A stretch of 64,000 bases of DNA, taken from Ahniellaceae bacterium (GTDB lineage Bacteria > Pseudomonadota > Gammaproteobacteria > Xanthomonadales > Ahniellaceae). Below the pieces are notes generated by a model. That model was not told the DNA's origin. It did not search any database and saw only the letters and a program-made list of their open reading frames with translations. The translations under genes and the position numbers were made by a program. Positions 39,735 through 48,697 of this stretch are shown here, piece by piece. Positions within the stretch are counted from its first letter, which is position 1; every line of letters starts with the position of its first letter. The stretch lies in contig JBGAHD010000004.1 in the NCBI GenBank assembly GCA_044226395.1, forward strand, positions 577,961-641,960, given 5' to 3'.

Positions 39735-40067
39735 CGCGTTCTCCTGAAGATGGATTGCTCGCGCGTGGACGCGCGACCCCTGTGAGGGTTCGCGGGCGCG
39801 TCAGGAGAGCCATCGCGCGGACGCGCGATGAACACGCGCGTCCCCACGACGCGCGCGCATGATCGTTCGATGGTTCGCTCCCCCGAGCCTGCCGACGAAC
39901 TCTGCCATGCAGTCTGCGAGGGCATCGAAGACGCGCCAAGCTGTTGGAAGAGACAGCTCTCGCGGGTGGGAGATCGGCGCGTCGGGCCGCCGCGCGCGTG
40001 GCGCCGCTGCTAAGCTCGCGACCGATCCTTCATCGAATATCGACGTCGACGAGCGTCGCCTTCCACC

Positions 40068-40565
40068 ATGGCCATGAAACTCTCACCCCGTCGCTTGCGT
40101 TGGTTGTTCAACATCTGGCCGCCCTTTCTCGCCGCGGGCATTCGCGTGCGCGCGCTTAGCGATGACTGGCGTTACGCGCGGGTCGAATTGCGTCGGCATT
40201 GGTACAACCAGAACTACGTCGGCACGCATTTCGGCGGCAGCTTGTTCGCGATGACCGATCCCTTCCTGATGATTCTGCTGATGGAATGTCTCGGCCGCGA
40301 TTACCTGGTGTGGGACAAGGCCGCCGAGATCGAATTCATCGCGGCCAAGCGCGAACCGGTGTTCGCCGAGTTCCGCATCGACGAGGCGCTGCTCGACGAG
40401 ATTCGCGCGGCCACCGCCGATGGCGAGAAATTGCTGCGCTGGTTCGAAGTGCCCGTGGCCACGGCCGACGGCGAAGTGGTCGCGCGCGTGCGCAAGCAAG
40501 TCTACGTGCGCCGCAAACCGCGCGCGCGACCGGACAAGAGCGAGGCGGCGTCGTCGACGCCGTGA
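40068..40565 (+). CDS. DUF4442-like hotdog-fold protein
   Basis: N-terminus MKLSPRRLRWLFNIWPPF and overall ~160 aa match my recollection of the DUF4442/thioesterase-like family. Confidence 0.5.
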   Translation: MAMKLSPRRLRWLFNIWPPFLAAGIRVRALSDDWRYARVELRRHWYNQNYVGTHFGGSLFAMTDPFLMILLMECLGRDYLVWDKAAEIEFIAAKREPVFAEFRIDEALLDEIRAATADGEKLLRWFEVPVATADGEVVARVRKQVYVRRKPRARPDKSEAASSTP

Positions 40566-40575
40566 GCGCGCGCCG

Positions 40576-41130
40576 CTAGCGCGCGTTCGCCAACTGCGTG
40601 CGCACCGCCACCAGGGCCTGTTCCTCGACCACGTCGGCGTCGGCGCTGGCGTCGATCACCACGATCGGCGGCTGCGGTTTTTCGAAACGCGCCAGCACTT
40701 CATCGACCAGATGCGGCGTGCGATCGGCGGCCAGATGATGACCGTCGGCGACATCCCGGGCCACGCGCTGACGCGCCAGTTCGGGCGAGACATCCAACCA
40801 CAGGCGCAGCACGCGCGCGCCGTAACGTTCGGCTAGGGTCTGGACGCGGCGGCGATCGCGGCGACGCGAAAACGTCATGCCGTCGATCACGCAATGCCGA
40901 CCCAAGGCCAGATTGACCTCGGTCGCGAGCATGACCGCGCGAAACGCGGCGCGTTTTTCCGTGGGCGTGTAAGCGCAATCGGGAAACAAAGCGCTACGAA
41001 TCAAGTCACGACAAACCCGGTGCAAACCGCAACGCTTGACCAGGGCTTCGGCCACGGCGCTCTTGCCGGCGCCCGGCAGGCCAATCAGCATCACCACCAG
41101 CGGCGAACCGCTGTTGTCCTCGCTCGACAT
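40576..41130 (-). CDS. P-loop NTPase (AAA_33/kinase-like)
   Basis: Walker A MLIGLPGAGKS near the N-terminus. ~185 aa. Confidence 0.6.
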   Translation of the reverse strand: MSSEDNSGSPLVVMLIGLPGAGKSAVAEALVKRCGLHRVCRDLIRSALFPDCAYTPTEKRAAFRAVMLATEVNLALGRHCVIDGMTFSRRRDRRRVQTLAERYGARVLRLWLDVSPELARQRVARDVADGHHLAADRTPHLVDEVLARFEKPQPPIVVIDASADADVVEEQALVAVRTQLANAR

Positions 41131-41216
41131 CGATCCCCATCCCCTGTCTTGCCCGCCCGACGGCGGCAGCCGATACACTACCTGGACCGCCCGTTCCGCA
41201 CGAGCACCCCTTCTGG

Positions 41217-43388
41217 ATGAACGCCACGAGCGCCAGCATCGAACGCAAACCGGAGATTCCCGGCTATCGCCTGGAACGCCGGCTCGGCGCGGGCGGCATG
41301 GCCGAAGTGTGGCTGGCGACCCAGGTCTCGCTCGAGCGCCTGGTGGCGGTGAAGATTCTTTCGACCGACGGCGGCATCACCACCGACATGGCCGCGCGCT
41401 TCGAGCGCGAGGCGCGCGTCATCGCCAAGCTCGATCATCCGCACATCGTCGGCATCTACGACGTCGGGCGCATGACCGACGGGCGCTTGTTTTACTCCAT
41501 GCCTTATCTCAACAACGGCGATCTGGGTCGGCGCGATCTGCGCTACGCGCCGGTGGAGATTCTGCGCATCCTGCGCGCCTTGCTCGATGCCCTGGCCTAC
41601 GCGCACGCGCAAGGCGTGGTGCATCGCGACGTCAAGCCGCAGAACGTGCTGTTTGACAAGAACCAGCGCCCGCTGCTGGCCGATTTCGGTATCGCGCTCG
41701 CGCGCGGCGAAGGCGTGCGCGTGACCAGCCAGCGCCAGACGCTGGGGTCGACCGGCTACATGAGTCCGGAGCAAGCGCGCTCGGGCGATGTCGATGGTCG
41801 CGCTGATTTGTACAGCCTGGGCGTGGTCGCGTACGAGATGCTCACGGGCGAGCTGCCCTATCGCGGCTCCGACGCCTTGGCCGTGGCGATCGCGCACGTC
41901 GAGGAACCGATTCCGCGCCTGTCGCCGACCTTGCGCGCGTGGCAGGCCTTCATCGATCGCGCGCTGGCCAAGGTGCCCGATCTACGCTTCGCCACCGCGG
42001 CCGAGATGCGCGCGGCGCTCGATCAGGTCGAGCAAGTGCTCGCCGGCATCGCCGAAGCGCCCGCGGACGCGCCCGCGCCGAATGCCGCGCGCGCGCGACC
42101 GTTCAACGGTCGACTGGTCGCTTACGGACTGGCCTTGATCGCGGCGATCGTCGGCGCCTACGCCGGCGTGCGTTGGTATCAGACCCGCGAAGTCGTCGCC
42201 GACACGCCGCCGACCGCGTCACCGGACGTGCGCATCGTCGACGCCGAAGCGCTCGACACCTTGTTGCGCGACGGTTACGCCGCGCTCAAGCGCGGCGCCA
42301 CCGTGCTGCCCGAGGACGACAACGCCGCGCAACGCTTCGCCGAGATCCTGCGGCAAGCGCCCGCGCACACCGAAGCGCGCGTGGGCTTCGATCAAACTCT
42401 CGAAGCCGCCGCGCAATCGAGCGAACGCGCCATCGCCGCCGGTCAAGGCGTGCAGGCCGCGCAGTGGTACGACGCCACCTACGGCGCGGTGCAGGCCAGC
42501 GGCTTGCGCGACTACATCGGTTGGGCGAGCTACGCGATGCGCTTCGAGAAAGCGGTCGAACAAGCGCTGCAAGGCGCGATCGATCGTCTCGACCGCGGCG
42601 TGCTCGAACGCCTGGGCCCGGCCTTCGATCGCGCCTTGATGAATTCACCGGGCTTGGAAGCCTTGCGGCAACGCGTCGCCGCCCTGCCCGCCGCCGGCAG
42701 CATCGTCAACGATCCTTCGGGCGCGCGCGTGGCCTTGATTCCCGCGGTGCGCGACGGCAGTCGCATCGAGCACGCCTTCGCGCTGGGCGTGACCGAAGTC
42801 ACGCGCGCCGAATACGCCGAATTCGCGCGCGCGACGCGGCGCGAATCGGCGCGCTGTCGCGACAACTCCGGTCCCATCGCGCTGCTGCGTCGACGCGATT
42901 GGGAAAACCCCGGCATCGATCAAGGCCCCACCGAACCCGTGATCTGCGTCAGCGGCGACGACGCGCGCGCCTACGCCGCATGGCTGGCCAAGCGCAGCGG
43001 CCTGCCCTATCGCCTGCCCACGCGCGCCGAATGGCGACACGCCGCCGCCGGCATCGGCGAGCAAGCATGCAAGGTCGGCAATCTCCTCGATCAACGCACC
43101 GAGCGCGCGTTCTCCATGACCTCGCGCTACGAATGCGATGACGGCTACGTGCGCACCGCGCCGGTCGGCCGCTTCCCCGCCAATGTCTTCAACCTGCGCG
43201 ACCTCGCCGGCAACGTCAGCGAGTGGCTCGGCGAATGCGCCGAAGACAACTGCGCGCGCCGCTTCGTCGCCGGCTCGTCCTACCGCGACGGCCCCGACCT
43301 GCCAGTGCTCGGCGCGGTGCAATCGCGCGAAGACGACGCCGCGAGCACGAGCATCGGGTTTCGGGTGGCGCGGGATTTGAGTTTTTAA
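41217..43388 (+). CDS. serine/threonine protein kinase fused to C-terminal FGE-sulfatase (SUMF1-like) domain
   Basis: Kinase motifs GAGGMAEVW, VAVK, HRDVKPQNVLF, DFGIA and SPEQ. TM segment LIAAIVGAYAGV. C-terminal formylglycine-generating-enzyme-like region (RLPTRAEWRHAAAG ... GNVSEWLGE). Confidence 0.8.
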   Translation: MNATSASIERKPEIPGYRLERRLGAGGMAEVWLATQVSLERLVAVKILSTDGGITTDMAARFEREARVIAKLDHPHIVGIYDVGRMTDGRLFYSMPYLNNGDLGRRDLRYAPVEILRILRALLDALAYAHAQGVVHRDVKPQNVLFDKNQRPLLADFGIALARGEGVRVTSQRQTLGSTGYMSPEQARSGDVDGRADLYSLGVVAYEMLTGELPYRGSDALAVAIAHVEEPIPRLSPTLRAWQAFIDRALAKVPDLRFATAAEMRAALDQVEQVLAGIAEAPADAPAPNAARARPFNGRLVAYGLALIAAIVGAYAGVRWYQTREVVADTPPTASPDVRIVDAEALDTLLRDGYAALKRGATVLPEDDNAAQRFAEILRQAPAHTEARVGFDQTLEAAAQSSERAIAAGQGVQAAQWYDATYGAVQASGLRDYIGWASYAMRFEKAVEQALQGAIDRLDRGVLERLGPAFDRALMNSPGLEALRQRVAALPAAGSIVNDPSGARVALIPAVRDGSRIEHAFALGVTEVTRAEYAEFARATRRESARCRDNSGPIALLRRRDWENPGIDQGPTEPVICVSGDDARAYAAWLAKRSGLPYRLPTRAEWRHAAAGIGEQACKVGNLLDQRTERAFSMTSRYECDDGYVRTAPVGRFPANVFNLRDLAGNVSEWLGECAEDNCARRFVAGSSYRDGPDLPVLGAVQSREDDAASTSIGFRVARDLSF

Positions 43389-43419
43389 GTCCGACGCGCG
43401 CAGTCACTCAGCTCGTACT

Positions 43420-44754
43420 TCAACGCAGGCTCGTGTTGACCACTGGCCGATGCGTGTAAAAGGCCACGGCCGCGAGCCCGCCTTCGGACACGGTCACTGA
43501 AAAACCTTCGCCATTGCGCGCGTCGCCGCCGTACCACACGCCATTCATCCAATCGTGGGTGGTGGTCTCCGCGAAGCCGGTGGCTTCGCATTGCGTGGTG
43601 AAGCGCGTGCCGAGCAGCAGGCGAATGGGATAGCCGCCGGTGCCGAAGCCCGCGGCATTGGCGCCGGTGGAATCCCAGCTCACTTGACCCGTCGTGCAGG
43701 AGTCGAAGGCGATGCGCACGCTGCCCCAGCGCGCGTTGCGAATGTCGGCGGGATTGAACGCGGCGCCGAAGGCCGTGCCCGTGGCCGAGGTCATTTCCGC
43801 CTGCACGATCTTGTTGGCGATGGTGCCGGCGCCGACGATCCAATACTGCGTGCCGACTTGCGTGACGGTGTCGGTGGCGTTGGCGATGCTGATCGCGAAG
43901 GTCGCGCCCGAAAGTCCACCGGTGCCGCTCGCGCCGATCAGGCCCAGAAACTGGCCTTGCGCGCTCACGCGAATGGCGGAGTCGCCTTCGGCCACCAGCA
44001 GATTGCCGTCGGGCAACCAGCTCATGCCCGTGGGCTGGCCGAGGTTTTCGGCGAACACGCCGATGAAGGCGCCCGTGGTGCCGTAACGCAGGATCTTGCC
44101 CGAGCCTTCGCTGCTCACGAGCATGTTGCCATTGGCTTCGAACACGATGCCGCGCGGACGGAACAAACCGCCAGCCGCGCGCGCGACGAAGATGCTGGCC
44201 TGCTGCGAGTTCGGATCCCAGGCGACGATGGTGTTGGCGTCGTACGCGGGAATGTACAGACGACCATCGGGACCGAAGGACATGCCATTGTCGGGACCAT
44301 TGAGGCCGGCCGCGCCGGCGGCGACGACCGTGGCCTTGAGCGCGCCGGTCTGACGATCGTAGCGACGCACTGAGTCGCCCTCGTAACCGCCGACGTAGAC
44401 ATCGCCGTCGGGACCGAAGGCCATGCCGGTCGGGTTGAAGCCCGTGCCGGTGTTGATGAAGCTGTCCTGGAAGGCGAGCGTCGATGCGTTGTAGCGCAGG
44501 ATCTGGCCATTGCCTTCGCTGACCACGTACAGCAGACCATCGGGACCGATGCGCATGGCCTGCGGGCCGACGATGTGGTTGCCGCTGTCGAGCGTGCGTT
44601 CGAAGGTGCCCGTGCAGGCGTCGAAGACGCTGACGCTGTTGCTGAAGTAGCCGCCGATCAGGATGCGTTGCGCGCACGCGGCCTCCGCGGTCGAGGCGAG
44701 GGCGAGCAGCGCGAGGGTCGGCAGGGCCGGGAGGAGGGACTTCAGTCGCGACAT
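43420..44754 (-). CDS. secreted NHL-repeat / six-bladed beta-propeller protein
   Basis: Signal peptide MSRLKSLLPALPTLALLALASTAEA. Repeated GPDGxLYV/NxPxGMxFGPDG blades. Preferred over the overlapping frame 43385..45103. Confidence 0.65.
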   Translation of the reverse strand: MSRLKSLLPALPTLALLALASTAEAACAQRILIGGYFSNSVSVFDACTGTFERTLDSGNHIVGPQAMRIGPDGLLYVVSEGNGQILRYNASTLAFQDSFINTGTGFNPTGMAFGPDGDVYVGGYEGDSVRRYDRQTGALKATVVAAGAAGLNGPDNGMSFGPDGRLYIPAYDANTIVAWDPNSQQASIFVARAAGGLFRPRGIVFEANGNMLVSSEGSGKILRYGTTGAFIGVFAENLGQPTGMSWLPDGNLLVAEGDSAIRVSAQGQFLGLIGASGTGGLSGATFAISIANATDTVTQVGTQYWIVGAGTIANKIVQAEMTSATGTAFGAAFNPADIRNARWGSVRIAFDSCTTGQVSWDSTGANAAGFGTGGYPIRLLLGTRFTTQCEATGFAETTTHDWMNGVWYGGDARNGEGFSVTVSEGGLAAVAFYTHRPVVNTSLR

Positions 44755-44906
44755 GGATCGACTCCGGTTTCGAGGGGCGGCCAGGGTGCCGGGGGCGATT
44801 GATGGGTGTCCCGAAGTCGGGTTCCTTTTTTTCTCCGTTCGTGGCGAGGTAGCTGCAAGCGCTTGATGGGCTTGGCAAGTCGCGCGCGCTGGGGCAAGGT
44901 GAGGCG

Positions 44907-47141
44907 ATGAGCGAATGGCCGCGCGCACGACTTCGAATCGGCGAGTTCGACTTCGATACCTCGAGCTTCGAACTGCATCGCGCCGGCGTGACCCAGCGCC
45001 TGCCCCATCGCCTGGGCGGCTTGTTGTGGCGTCTGGCGCGCGCGCCGGGCGAAGTGCTCGGTCGCGACACCTTGATCGCCGACGTCTGGTCCGGCCGCGC
45101 CACCGACGACGTGCTCTCGCGCGCGGTCGCCGACCTGCGCCGCTTCCTCGCCGACGATTCCCGCCAGGCGCGTTACATCGAGACCGTGCCGAAGATTGGC
45201 TATCGCCTGATCGCCCCGGTGCGCGACCTCGCCGAATCGAGGACACCCATCGATTCCAGGACACCCCTCGAAGCGAACTCCGATTCGGGGACACCCATCG
45301 AATCCGGAACCACCCGCAACTTCGGGACACCCACGGATCTGGGTCTCGATTCCAGGACACCCACGGATCGACGCCAGCCCAAGCCGCGCCAATCCAGGAC
45401 ACCCACCAAACGCCAACTCGCGCTCGCCATCGGCCTGACCCTGCTGGCCTCGCTCGCCGCGTGGCGCTGGTCGACCTCCGATTCGCCACGCACCGACCCC
45501 AGCCCCCTCGGCCTCTCACCACAACGCCTCACCACCGAACGTCCGCTCACCGCCGACCCCGGCTGGGAACTCCACCCCAGCCTGTCGCCCGACGGCAGCC
45601 TCGTCGCCTTCGCGCGCATGGACAAGTTCGGCGCGAGCAGCACCCTGGTCGCGCGCTACGTCGACGGCAGTTCCGAACGCGAGTACGCCGAGCCCGCCGG
45701 CTGGAATCTGCATCCCGCATTCTCGCCACGCGGTCAGCAACTGGCCTTCATCCACGTCGGCGCCGACGGCGATTGCGAAGTGCGCCTGCGCCCCGTGCAT
45801 GGCGATCCTTCCGTCGTGGTCGGTCGCTGCGCGGGACTCAACACCGCCGTCGCCTGGCGCGCGGACGGCGAGGCGCTGACCTTCACCGCGCCCGCGGACG
45901 ACGATCACGATCCCGGCCTTGTCGAACTCACGCTCGCCACGCGCGCGATCGAGCCGCTCACCCAACCGGCGCGCGGCGCCGGGCCCGACAGCGATCCGCA
46001 GTACGTGCCCGGCGGCGACGAGATCAGCTTCGCGCGCGGCACCGGCAGCGACGCGCGCCTGCTCGCCGTCACGCGCGACGACGCGCATCGCGAACGCACG
46101 CTGTTCGGCGGCGGCAATCTGATCCAGGGCCACGCGTGGAGCGCCGACGGCGCGCAAATCATCATGGCCACCGACTGGCCCGGCTATCGCGCGCTGATCG
46201 GCATCGATCCGCGCACGCTCGTGGGCAACACGCTCGGCGCGCGCGGCGCGCGCAGTCCCACGACCAACGCGCGCGGCGACTGGGCCTACGAGATCGCGCG
46301 TTACGACGCCAATATTCATCGCGTCGATTTTCGCGACGACTCGGTCGACGAACACGCGCTCGTCGCCAGCACGCGCTACGACGCTTCGATCGCGCTGTCG
46401 CCCGATGGTCGACGTCTCGCCTTCGTCAGCACGCGTCTCGATCACGAATCCATCTGGATCGTCGACACCGCCGGCGGCGACGCGGTGCGCGCGCCACTGC
46501 CCGACACCGGTCGCTGGGTGCGCCCCGCGTGGTCGCCCACGGGCGATGCGCTGCTGGTCACGCGCTATCTCGACGACATCACCACCGCGCATCGCCTCGA
46601 CCTAGCCAGCGGCCGCGCGCGCGAACTCACCGCGCTGGGCCGCGCGTTCTACGCGCAATATCTCGAAGACGGCGAACGCTTCGTGTTCGCGCGACTCGAA
46701 GCCACGGGCTATCGCCTCTTTCTCGCGCCGGCCGACGGCTCGGTCGAACCCGAAGCGCTCGACATCGCTGGCGCCGTCGGCGAGTTCTACGCCGGCGATC
46801 ACTGGCTCGCCTGGCAGCGTCGCGACGACAACACGCTCGCGGTCTACGATCTGCGTCGTCGCGCGCTGACGCCCTTGCCCGATGACTGGGCCACCGCGCG
46901 CCCCGAGGACTGGCGCTTGCAAGGTCATCGCCTCTACCGCATCGTCGACGACGAAGGTCAAGCTCCGCGCCTGCGGCGCCTCGATCTCGAAGACGGCCAG
47001 ACCCACGAGTGGCCCGCGCGCGCCACGCGCGCGACGGCGCCCGCGCTCGCGGTGGCGCCGGACGAAAGCTTCGCGCTGTTCGCCAGCCTCGACGATCTCG
47101 AGGTCGATCTGATGTGGGTGCCCGCCGCGCGCTCGCCCTGA
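44907..47141 (+). CDS. CadC/ToxR-like winged-helix transcriptional regulator fused via TM helix to periplasmic TolB-like beta-propeller
   Basis: N-terminal trans_reg_C-like region (FDFDTSSFELHRAGVTQRLPHRLGGLLWRL ... ETVPKIGYRLIAP). Linker with S/G-R-T-P repeats. TM helix LALAIGLTLLASLAAW. TolB-like repeats (SLSPDGSLVAFAR, AFSPRGQQLAFIHV, ALSPDGRRLAFVS). Confidence 0.7.
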   Translation: MSEWPRARLRIGEFDFDTSSFELHRAGVTQRLPHRLGGLLWRLARAPGEVLGRDTLIADVWSGRATDDVLSRAVADLRRFLADDSRQARYIETVPKIGYRLIAPVRDLAESRTPIDSRTPLEANSDSGTPIESGTTRNFGTPTDLGLDSRTPTDRRQPKPRQSRTPTKRQLALAIGLTLLASLAAWRWSTSDSPRTDPSPLGLSPQRLTTERPLTADPGWELHPSLSPDGSLVAFARMDKFGASSTLVARYVDGSSEREYAEPAGWNLHPAFSPRGQQLAFIHVGADGDCEVRLRPVHGDPSVVVGRCAGLNTAVAWRADGEALTFTAPADDDHDPGLVELTLATRAIEPLTQPARGAGPDSDPQYVPGGDEISFARGTGSDARLLAVTRDDAHRERTLFGGGNLIQGHAWSADGAQIIMATDWPGYRALIGIDPRTLVGNTLGARGARSPTTNARGDWAYEIARYDANIHRVDFRDDSVDEHALVASTRYDASIALSPDGRRLAFVSTRLDHESIWIVDTAGGDAVRAPLPDTGRWVRPAWSPTGDALLVTRYLDDITTAHRLDLASGRARELTALGRAFYAQYLEDGERFVFARLEATGYRLFLAPADGSVEPEALDIAGAVGEFYAGDHWLAWQRRDDNTLAVYDLRRRALTPLPDDWATARPEDWRLQGHRLYRIVDDEGQAPRLRRLDLEDGQTHEWPARATRATAPALAVAPDESFALFASLDDLEVDLMWVPAARSP
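45240..45406 (+). repeat. in-CDS tandem repeats of the GGACACCCA core (encode D/E-S-R/G-T-P linker repeats)
   Basis: Units GAGGACACCCATCGATTCC, AGGACACCCCTCGAAG, GGGGACACCCATCGAATCC, GGGACACCCACGGATCTGG, AGGACACCCACGGATCG and AGGACACCCACCAAACG. Confidence 0.6.
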
Positions 47142-47172
47142 CGCCGACGCGCCGACCCGCTACCATCGCGCC

Positions 47173-47835
47173 ATGGATCGCCATCACCTGCATCTGCAAC
47201 GCTATCTGTTCACCGGCGTGCTGACCTTGCTGCCGTTGTGGTTGACCTGGGTCGTGTTCAAGTTCGTGTTCAATCTGCTCTCGGGCCTGTCGGCGCCGTG
47301 GATTCAGGCGATCGCGGGCACCTTGGCCAGTCATTTCCCGCGCGCCTTCGGCTGGTTGCAGGCGATGTGGGTGCAAAGTCTCGTCGCGCTGGCGATCACC
47401 ATCATCGTGATTTATCTGGTCGGCTTCGCCGTGCATCGCGTCGTGGGTCAACGCGCGCTGGCCTGGCTCGAAGGCGTGATCGCGCGCATTCCGCTGGTGC
47501 AGTCGATTTATGGCGGCACCAAGAAACTCGTCGAGCTGATGCAGAACAAGCCCGATGGCACGCAGCGCGTGGTGTTGATCGATTTTCCGAACGACGGCAT
47601 GAAGGCCGTGGGCCTGGTCACGCGCATCATCCGCGACGAGACCGATGGCACCGAATACGCCGCGGTCTACGTGCCGACCACGCCGATCCCCACTTCGGGC
47701 TATCTCGAAATCGTGCCGCTCGATCGCGTGATTCCGACCGACTGGACCATGGATCAAGCCATGGCCTTCATCATCTCCGGCGGCGCGGTCGCGCCCGACC
47801 GGTTCCGCGTGCCCTCGCCCAAGCCGACGCTCTGA
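47173..47835 (+). CDS. DUF502 family membrane protein
   Basis: N-terminus LFTGVLTLLPLWLTWVVFKF, typical of DUF502/YqgC-like proteins. Confidence 0.7.
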   Translation: MDRHHLHLQRYLFTGVLTLLPLWLTWVVFKFVFNLLSGLSAPWIQAIAGTLASHFPRAFGWLQAMWVQSLVALAITIIVIYLVGFAVHRVVGQRALAWLEGVIARIPLVQSIYGGTKKLVELMQNKPDGTQRVVLIDFPNDGMKAVGLVTRIIRDETDGTEYAAVYVPTTPIPTSGYLEIVPLDRVIPTDWTMDQAMAFIISGGAVAPDRFRVPSPKPTL

Positions 47836-47844
47836 GGACTCTTC

Positions 47845-48615
47845 ATGCCCTTTCATGATTCACCGCGCGCGCAGCGGTTGTTCGTGGTGCTCACCGGCAT
47901 CTTCGTCGCCAGCGCCTTGATGGCCGAGTTCATCGGCGTGAAGATTTTCGCGCTGGAAACCACGCTCGGCATCGATCCGTTCAACTGGAATCTGTTCGGG
48001 CAAACGGGCTCGCTCAACTTCACCGCGGGCGTGTTGCTGTGGCCGGTCGTGTTCATCATGACCGACGTCATCAACGAGTACTTCGGCCGCCGCGGCGTGC
48101 GCCTGATCAGTTGGCTCACGGTGGGCTTGATCGCGTACGCGTTTCTGTTTGCTTACATCGCCATTGTGCTGTCGCCCGCGCCGTGGTGGATCAAGGCCGG
48201 CGAGAACCAGGGCGTGGCCGACATGCAGGCCTCGTTCGCGGCGATCTTCGGTCAGGGGCTGTGGACGATTGGTGGTTCGATCGCGGCCTTCCTGATCGGT
48301 CAGTTGATCGACGTGTGGATCTATCACCGCGTGCGCCGCGTCACCGGCGAGAAGCGCGTGTGGCTGCGCGCCACCGGGTCGACCTTGGTCTCGCAATTGG
48401 TCGACAGCTTCGTGGTGCTCTACATCGCCTTCGTGCTGGGGCCACAGCATTGGCCGCTGTCGTTGTTCTTCGCCGTGGCCACCGTGAACTACATCTACAA
48501 GTCCCTGGTCGCCGTGGCTTCGACGCCGCTGATCTACCTCGGTCACGGCCTGATCGATCGCTACCTGGGCGCGCGCACCGCCGAGGAACTCAAGCAAGCC
48601 GCCGCGCGCGGCTGA
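47845..48615 (+). CDS. queuosine precursor transporter (YhhQ / DUF165 family)
   Basis: Polytopic membrane protein with motifs FIMTDVINEYFG and IYKSLVAVASTPLIYL characteristic of YhhQ-family proteins. Confidence 0.7.
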   Translation: MPFHDSPRAQRLFVVLTGIFVASALMAEFIGVKIFALETTLGIDPFNWNLFGQTGSLNFTAGVLLWPVVFIMTDVINEYFGRRGVRLISWLTVGLIAYAFLFAYIAIVLSPAPWWIKAGENQGVADMQASFAAIFGQGLWTIGGSIAAFLIGQLIDVWIYHRVRRVTGEKRVWLRATGSTLVSQLVDSFVVLYIAFVLGPQHWPLSLFFAVATVNYIYKSLVAVASTPLIYLGHGLIDRYLGARTAEELKQAAARG

Positions 48616-48697
48616 TTTTCGGCGCGCCCCTGACCACCGGCACATGGGCCGGTGGCGGCGCGCGCCTAAGGTGGGCGGATTACCCCGGGAGTCCGTC

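Noticed and set aside
43385-45103. 572-aa ORF overlapping the NHL propeller gene in a different frame
   Set aside because: It has R/G/P-rich noise composition. The alternative frame gives signal peptide plus NHL repeats from the ATG at 44754.
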